Shown piece by piece: positions 57,266 to 64,000 of a DNA stretch of 64,000 nucleotides; within the stretch, counting starts at the first letter, position 1, and each line of letters opens with the position of its first letter. The translations under genes were made by a program, and so were the position numbers. Source of the stretch: Amoebidium appalachense (lineage: Eukaryota; Protista; Ichthyosporea). The DNA lies in contig CAVNZM010000002.1 of NCBI GenBank assembly GCA_963693365.1, positions 13,859,615 to 13,923,614 on the forward strand. Direction: 5' to 3'. The notes under the pieces are model-generated. The model was not told where the DNA came from and did not search any database. It worked only from the letters and a program-made list of their open reading frames with translations.

Positions 57266-57317
<52 letters not shown>

Positions 57318-57405
57318 GGGGGGGCGCTGCTTTGGTATGTGCGTTTAGGCAGCGCCGCGGCTGGGGAACAATATATCATGATAAACTAGCATGTTTCGTA
57401 TCTTC
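56985..57405 (+). mobile_element. Dispersed non-coding repeat, copy 2
   Basis: Inverted homologue of 17345-17813. Confidence 0.8.
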
Positions 57406-57898
57406 TTAGTGATCTGTGTATTTAGGCACTGGGGAACGTGTTGTACATATATAATCCATCTTTAGTTTCGATACTAGTATACCGTAGGCTCGGTCAAGAT
57501 TGTTTGCTAACAGGGCCATGACAAAAGTCAGCGTGTGGAAAATGTGTTGTTGTGGACAAAAAGGTGTGAATACGCTATGTTTTGTAGTGTGTGGATCATG
57601 CAGAGTATGCAGAGTGAGTGTAATCCGGTCCCTTTTATTAAGATCAAAAGCGAAATTAACAAACAGCGTGTAATGCATGAAGTTGGAACTTATGCTCTTA
57701 GTTTTGGCTCGGTAGAAACACCAATGTCGAAAAGTTTGGCCCCGAGCACAATACGCAATATTGGAGTTATGAATGCCTTTGTGCTGACCAGTCAACAGGC
57801 TGCGGCATATTTTTCGATGACTACAAATAGTAAGGTTTTCTTTCTATCAAAATTGCATTAGTTCTCTGTATCCTTTTTTCTCGTCTTTTTTTTTTTTT

Positions 57899-57929
<31 letters not shown>

Positions 57930-58810
57930 GGGGCGTTATTTGTATGACTAAAGAGGATGTTTTTGGGGCATTAGAAGTGGCATTGAAGTAACCTTGTTTT
58001 CATGACAACCTTCGGAGACTCAGGTGTCCCTGCCGTGTCTGTATAATAAAGTTTGACGTACTGATCACGGTGTGCATTATTATTCGTGTTTGTATCATAA
58101 TAAAATACCACGACCGGTGTGTACGTATACAAGCCATGCCATTTTGAAGCAAAATAGTGTTCATGCAAAATGCAAGCCACGGTGGCCATGGCAAACACGC
58201 GCACACACATTTACTCAATCTGCGTGTGCACATGTGCACATGCACATGTACACACATACCTGGACACACATGCACCAAGATGACATCCACACCAAAATGA
58301 GCGGCCACCCGTGCACACCTACAACCACAACCCCATGGGTTCTCACCTACCAACAGCCATGGCACCAATTAGTAGACCTCAGCTCTAGACCCCTGGGTAC
58401 CAAATTCCACCCAACCTTAAAAGCTTTGCCACGAACATATGTGTACCAGTACCTTTAATAGGCGCGTTCTTCAAATTGGTGCTATGCCATAGGGTTAGTG
58501 GGTGCCACTGTGCAACCTTGCCTGTGCACGCCATTTCCTTTGTGTGTGTGGGTGTTCTGCACGTCAGTTCTTTGCCATGGTGCAAGCAGTTGTATGTCAC
58601 GTGCGTGTTGGCGCCACCATTTAAATTTGTGCGCATGTACGTACTTCAGTGCACATAGGCATGTAGGTGTACGTGAGCACTGCGTGCATGTCCGTGTGCC
58701 CCACTAGGCTAAATATACACAATAACCAACAACTTCAAACATCGCCATGGCCACCACCAAGCTCACCGCCACCAGCCTCCCACACCATGTGTCTATAACA
58801 AACAACCCCG

Positions 58811-58851
<41 letters not shown>

Positions 58852-59228
58852 TAGCTGCCCCCCTACCCCCCATGGCCACCCACCCATCCCACTCCCCACC
58901 CCCCATCCCTCCCCGGGGTCCCCAACCACACCCCCCCACCCCACCGTCCATTCACCCCCCATAAAAGCCTCTCTCAATTTCCTCCCGGCTACCATCTTTT
59001 GCCCAGCTCGGTTCTCACACAAGGCACGGTGGCCATGTTTCAGGTCCCGTCGCCCGGTCAATCCTTTTCACATATTTCTGAACCCTGGAGATTGCGAAAA
59101 TGATTGGATGAGATCATGGCATCCGTCTTGCCGCAATGATGCAGAGAGAGATTGGTTCGATTCGTGTGAAAAGCCAGATTGCCAGATTGCCAGAATGCCA
59201 GAATTTTGATGGCATTCCAGAAAGGCTA

Positions 59229-61713
59229 CAGTAAACCGCTCGAATTTGGGACGATTTGAATCCCGTCATAAATTTGGGACACTTTTAATTGGCCCTCGGC
59301 GCATCACCCGGACTTGGGTCCATTATTACGTTTTTCCCGCCCTTTTTGCATGCCAGCGTGTCTGGTTGGCTGCCCAACCCGGCAGCCAAGTTTGAAAATA
59401 AAGGGCCGTTTTCCACCAACCACCACAGCAGAGCAAAGCACATCCTCTTTCGAAAACATAGGAACTCCTCATCCTCACTCTAAGGATTTCCTCTCACGTA
59501 GCCTCACATCGTTCATATGCTTTGTACTTTTACTGCCCATTTATCACACACCCTTGCCCCACAGACAGAATGGGGTTCCCAACATGAGTGCACAAGGGCA
59601 GAAAAGGCGCAAGCCCACAGCAGAGGAGATAGAGGCAGCGTTTCTAGAACACAAAAATAAGACACATGAAGAGCGATGTAATTTAGCTGCAGAGCACGTG
59701 AAGCATAATATTTATTCTTACAGGGAAGCAGTTGAAGTTTTTGGGGTAGCACGCACCACCATTGAGAATCACCTTAAGGGCAAAGTTAGTAGGCACGGGG
59801 CCGGAAGGCCCTCAGCACTCACTTATGAACAAGAGAGAGGTGTGATAGAGTGGATCTTTGAGAGGCAGGATGCGAATCTCTCCGCATCTGTTCGTGAAAT
59901 CAAACAGAAACTAGTAGAAACTGCAAAGGAACACGGGGTACCCTTTAAGAACGACAGACCATCTGATGGGTTCTGGAATGCTTTCAAAAAACGACACCCA
60001 GACTTCACTTTGAGGGTGCCTTTGCCAGCTGATGACCGGCACGATGCAGCAACAACACCAAGCATCATTCGTCACTACTTTGACATCATCCGCAAAGTGA
60101 TGGTAACCTTTTTTGGCGGTCGATTCCTTCCCCACCAAGTCCTCAACCTGGACGAAACCTCACAGAGAATCCACTACGTTCCCAGACTAGCCGGTGCTAA
60201 AAAGGGCAGCAGGGCAGTCCGACGTCGCATCATCGGAAACGGCAAAGAAAACGTCACCATCATTCCAATTGGCAATGTTGCAGGTGAACTTCTCGGTGTC
60301 ATCGTGATTCTCAAAGGCGCGCGAGTCAAGAAAGCGACAATCGAAGCCTGTACCATCGATAACGTGTACTTTACCGCAGTTCCAAACGGCCTCAACAACA
60401 CCAAGATTTTCGACCAAATTGCTATTGCTCTGGTTAAAATTCTGAAGAACCAATCCGACCTGGGCCCCCACATGGTACTGGTCGACAGACATCACTCGCG
60501 CGCGTCATCTTTCGCCCTCAGGCACCTCAAAAACAACCAAGTTTACGTGGTCGGACTACCGGGAAGCACAACACCAACCACCCAAGCAATGGACAACTGC
60601 AATGTTCCGAGTTGTGAAGAAGGAATACAGGAACCTCTACTGCGAGTTTGTCGCGGCAAACCCAACCCTCAGGAAGTTCACTTATGCACATTTCATCGCG
60701 CTGTACTCGCGTGCGTTCAACGGTAAACTCACCAAACAATCGATAGTGAGTGCGTTCGCCAAAACTGGCTTCAGACAGGAGAACGGAGAGGTGGTTGTGG
60801 ATGAGGAGAGAGTTCAAGCATCACTGCCCCTCAAGCATCGTGCGGCTACTGCAAACCTCCCCCCGCCTGAAATCACTTCGAAAGAACTCAGGTGGACTGA
60901 AGATGAGGAATCTCAAGAGGGGGACAACTCAGAGGAAAGCAGGGAGGTGCCTGAACCGGAAAATGAATACGAAAACGGAAACGAAAATCCCCCCGAAATC
61001 GAAAACGAAAACCCCCCCGAAAACGAAAATACACAGGAGGCGGAGAGCGGAGATGACATGTTGCCCACCTACGAAACAGACGGAAATGGACAGCAGCGTG
61101 CGATTCTGTGGACACGCGAAACCTTTCTCAAGGAACTTGAGGAGAGAGAGAAACGCAAGCAGCAGAAGGAAGATGGAAAGAAACAGCGAGCAGAGGAGAG
61201 GGAACGAAGGAAGGCGGAGAGACTACAAGAACAGGAGGAGAAAAAGAGAGCGCAAGAGGAGAAAGCAAGAGAGAGAGAAAAGAGAAAAGCAGAGGAGGCA
61301 GCCGTGAAAGAGGCAAGGAAAAAAGAGACTGGAGGAAAAGAAAAAAGAAAAAGAGCTGAGGGCACAGGAAGAGGAGGAAAGGAAGGCACAGGAGGGAGGA
61401 CGAAAAGGGAGATCCAAACCGACACAACCAAGGAAGCCCAAGAAGAAAAAGAGGAAGGCGAAGAGAGCATTCTGGGGGTCAGACACTGATGCACCAGAAT
61501 CAGAAAGCAACGAAGACGGAGAAAGGGAGAGTGAGAGTGAGAGCGAAAACGAACGGAGGAAGGTGCACGGTGATGAGTGGATGGAAAAATGAAAGCGACA
61601 AAGAAAACGAACCACCAAGAAACGAGCACGGGCAACCATACTGGCCTGGCTACTACTTCCCCTACCAACAGGTCCCATTCAACCCATACCAACCTGGGAT
61701 GCAATACCAACAG
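59229..61713 (+). mobile_element. pogo/Fot1-like (Tc1/mariner superfamily) DNA transposon; right end not in view
   Basis: TA|CAGTAAACCGCTCG left end, with aatttgggac repeated twice, followed by a transposase. Confidence 0.8.
59584..61489 (+). pseudogene. DD35D transposase (psq-HTH, CENP-B HTH, DDE_1), frameshift at ~60600, charged C-tail
   Basis: YSYREAVEVFGVARTT, GRPSALT.EQE, GFWNAFKKRHP, NLDET, LVDRHHSR-x-QAMD (35 residues between D2 and D3), IVSAFAKTG. Confidence 0.88.
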
Positions 61714-62600
61714 CATCAGCAAACATCTCCCGGCATCTTTTTCCCGTCTCAAACCCGTCTGGGACATCCTAAACCCGTAACCCATCCTGAACCATACCCT
61801 TTGTAACCGTTATTAGTTAGAGATGACTCCAAGCTATCCCTAACCCATCCGGCTTTAGCAGGCGATATTAAAGACATCTCTGTAAGTACGTCCTTAGCAT
61901 ATCTGTAACCCGGCGAAACCCTATCCCGTGTTCCATCTGTTTCCTCCCCCAAGCATATCTTAGAGCCGTCTTTGTTATGTCTTAAACGAATCTATAAAAA
62001 GACAATATTTATGAACTTTTACTAAAAAGATATCCCCAGCATATCTGTAAGCTATCGATCAGCCGTCTACAAGAGCGCTTTGCGATCACCAATATCCATC
62101 TTTAATACTACTTTATGTAGTTCAGACGAACATATATGGCATACTTAACACCTCTTGAAGAATTTGCAGAGATATATTACAGATATGTTGTGGTTAACCT
62201 AAATGTATCCTTAGGATGTAGTTATGTAATATGTTATTTCAGTCTAACACGAGTTGTCGACTTTAGGACGTACTAAAAGCAACTCACCGATAGGCTAGGG
62301 ATATTTTTATTGGTACATAGTGACACAAACAAGATATGCGTGAGACGTATTTACGTCATAATATAGATTCATCATCAATTGAGGAAAAGACACAATTAAT
62401 ATACACTTTAGACGGCTTTAGGACGGCCTAACGTTATATATGGTCGCTCCCATAGATAGAATAATTATATATTCATAGTTCTGGTAAGAGCACCGGAAGA
62501 TTTCTTGATGCAGTTTTAAAGCCATCTTTCAGGATGTTCTAAAAGTCACACTAAAAAGACCGTCGTCATCCTTAAAGTCATCTGTTGGATGGCTGGAGGT
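61714..62600. mobile_element. End of a second CATCAGCAA-family TIR element, probably extending past the window
   Basis: Starts CATCAGCAAACATC. Shares aacccatcctgaac with the subterminal region at ~51718-51731. Dense GACATC/GATATC/CATCT motifs. Interrupts the pogo tail. Confidence 0.6.
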
Positions 62601-62658
62601 TGTCGTGATGATATCTTAAACCCCCACCTCCCTCCTCCTCCCCCCCCCCCCCCCCCCA

Positions 62659-63230
62659 CCCCACGTGAACCTTTGACGATCGATGACGACGATGAGGTGC
62701 CAGACCCACAGGGTCTTTTCCTGGGGACCACCACCCACCCCACATGAACCTTTGACGATCGATGACGACGACGAGGTGCCAGACCCACAGGGTCTTGCCT
62801 CCATACTTTATTTACCTTAACAGGACAAAGAGCCGGTACCCACCTATGGGTGCTAAACATGCACATGATCATTCATGTGCTATAAGAGCAACACAGAAAC
62901 GAAACACGGAAACAACAGCAGCCATAGGACAAAGAGCCCCAGACCCACAGGGTCTTGCCTCCATATTTTATTTACCTTAACAGACAAAGAGCCGGTACCC
63001 ACCTATGGGTGCTAAACATGCACATGATCATTCATGTGCTATAAGAGCAACACAGAAACGAAACACGGAAACAACAGCAGCCATAGGACAAAGAGCCCCA
63101 GACCCACAGGGTCTTGCCTCCATACTTTATTTACCTTAACAGGACAAACTTTTAAGAGCCGGTACCCACCTATGAAACGAAAAACGGAAACAACAGCAGC
63201 CATAGGACAAAGAGCCGGTACCCACCTCTA
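62659..63230 (+). repeat. Tandem repeats: ~58-bp unit x2 and ~160-bp unit x2.7
   Basis: agacccacagggtcttgcctccata... starts at 62781, 62941 and 63100. Confidence 0.9.
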
Positions 63231-63335
63231 GATGATAACGTAGCCTTATAGCTGCTGATGACTTCATGGGCCAACCTTGCCAAAACCTGTAAAGGAACTC
63301 GAGCTAAGAATTAGCTCATCCTACTTGCGAGAAGT

Positions 63336-63366
<31 letters not shown>

Positions 63367-64000
63367 GAGGGGGCTGACTGAGAGTGGCAAAAAAAGAGTC
63401 GACAGAACCAACCTCAAACATAGTAAGGACGGAAACCCGGACCAGAACTTATGAAGTCTAGAGAAGCAGAAAATAGCTTGAACGATCGGTGGAGGGGATG
63501 ATAGCTATAGTGCTAACAGCAAAAGTAGTGCCCACAGTGCTGGTTCATGAACGTGAATGGGAACGTGCATCTGCAGCCAGCAGACACACGCACACGCACG
63601 CACACACACACACATACACAGACACAGACACAGACATAATCACAGGACGGACACAGACCAGACAGACAAACGCCATATGCATAAAAGCAGGCAACACAAA
63701 ACTAACCTTCAAAGGGCAGCATGGTCCAAAACAATCAGCACGGTGGCTGCGGGATCTGCGGAGGGGATCTGTGACCGGGAAGGGAACTGCAACCAGGCGA
63801 CCTGCGGGAAGGGACCTGCGACCAGGCGACCTGCGGGAAAGGACCTGCGGACCTGCGGGAAGGGGGAAGAGAAATGGAGCAAACAACGTGCGTACAGGCT
63901 TAAATGGAGAAAAAATTGCAAACCGGATTGGGATTTAGCCAATCACTATTCGCCGCGCCTGATTAGGAAAAAGATAAAAATAGATTTCGGCTCGCGCGCG

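Noticed and set aside
63252-63260. CTGCTGATG as the right TIR of the 61714 element
   Set aside because: Only an 8-bp match, flanks disagree (AG vs AC), and no subterminal array.

Overview
Eukaryotic genomic DNA with spliceosomal GT-AG introns packed with poly-G/C, (CA)n and (CT)n tracts; most listed ORFs are microsatellite artefacts. The left half holds two minus-strand multi-exon genes: a divergent T-box transcription factor (~3.0-11.6 kb) and a TRANK1/Lba1-like UvrD-type SF1 helicase (~18.6-31.5 kb) with in-frame stops and frameshifts. The right half is a nest of transposons. A Ty1/copia element (35.7-52.6 kb) ends inside a Ty3/gypsy element (52.6-56.5 kb, minus). The copia 3' LTR is split by a ~10.9 kb TIR element (ends CATCAGCAATCTTGC, 2-bp TT target duplication, long GGATATCC subterminal arrays) carrying spliced cargo exons but no recognisable transposase. 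The copia 5' LTR is reduced to 71 bp and fused to a fragment of a TRANK1-like paralogue. A DD35D pogo/Fot1 transposon at 59.2 kb is cut by a second CATCAGCAA-ended element. A T-box gene points to an opisthokont, possibly a non-animal holozoan or early-branching fungus (inference). All calls are by eye; no searches were run.
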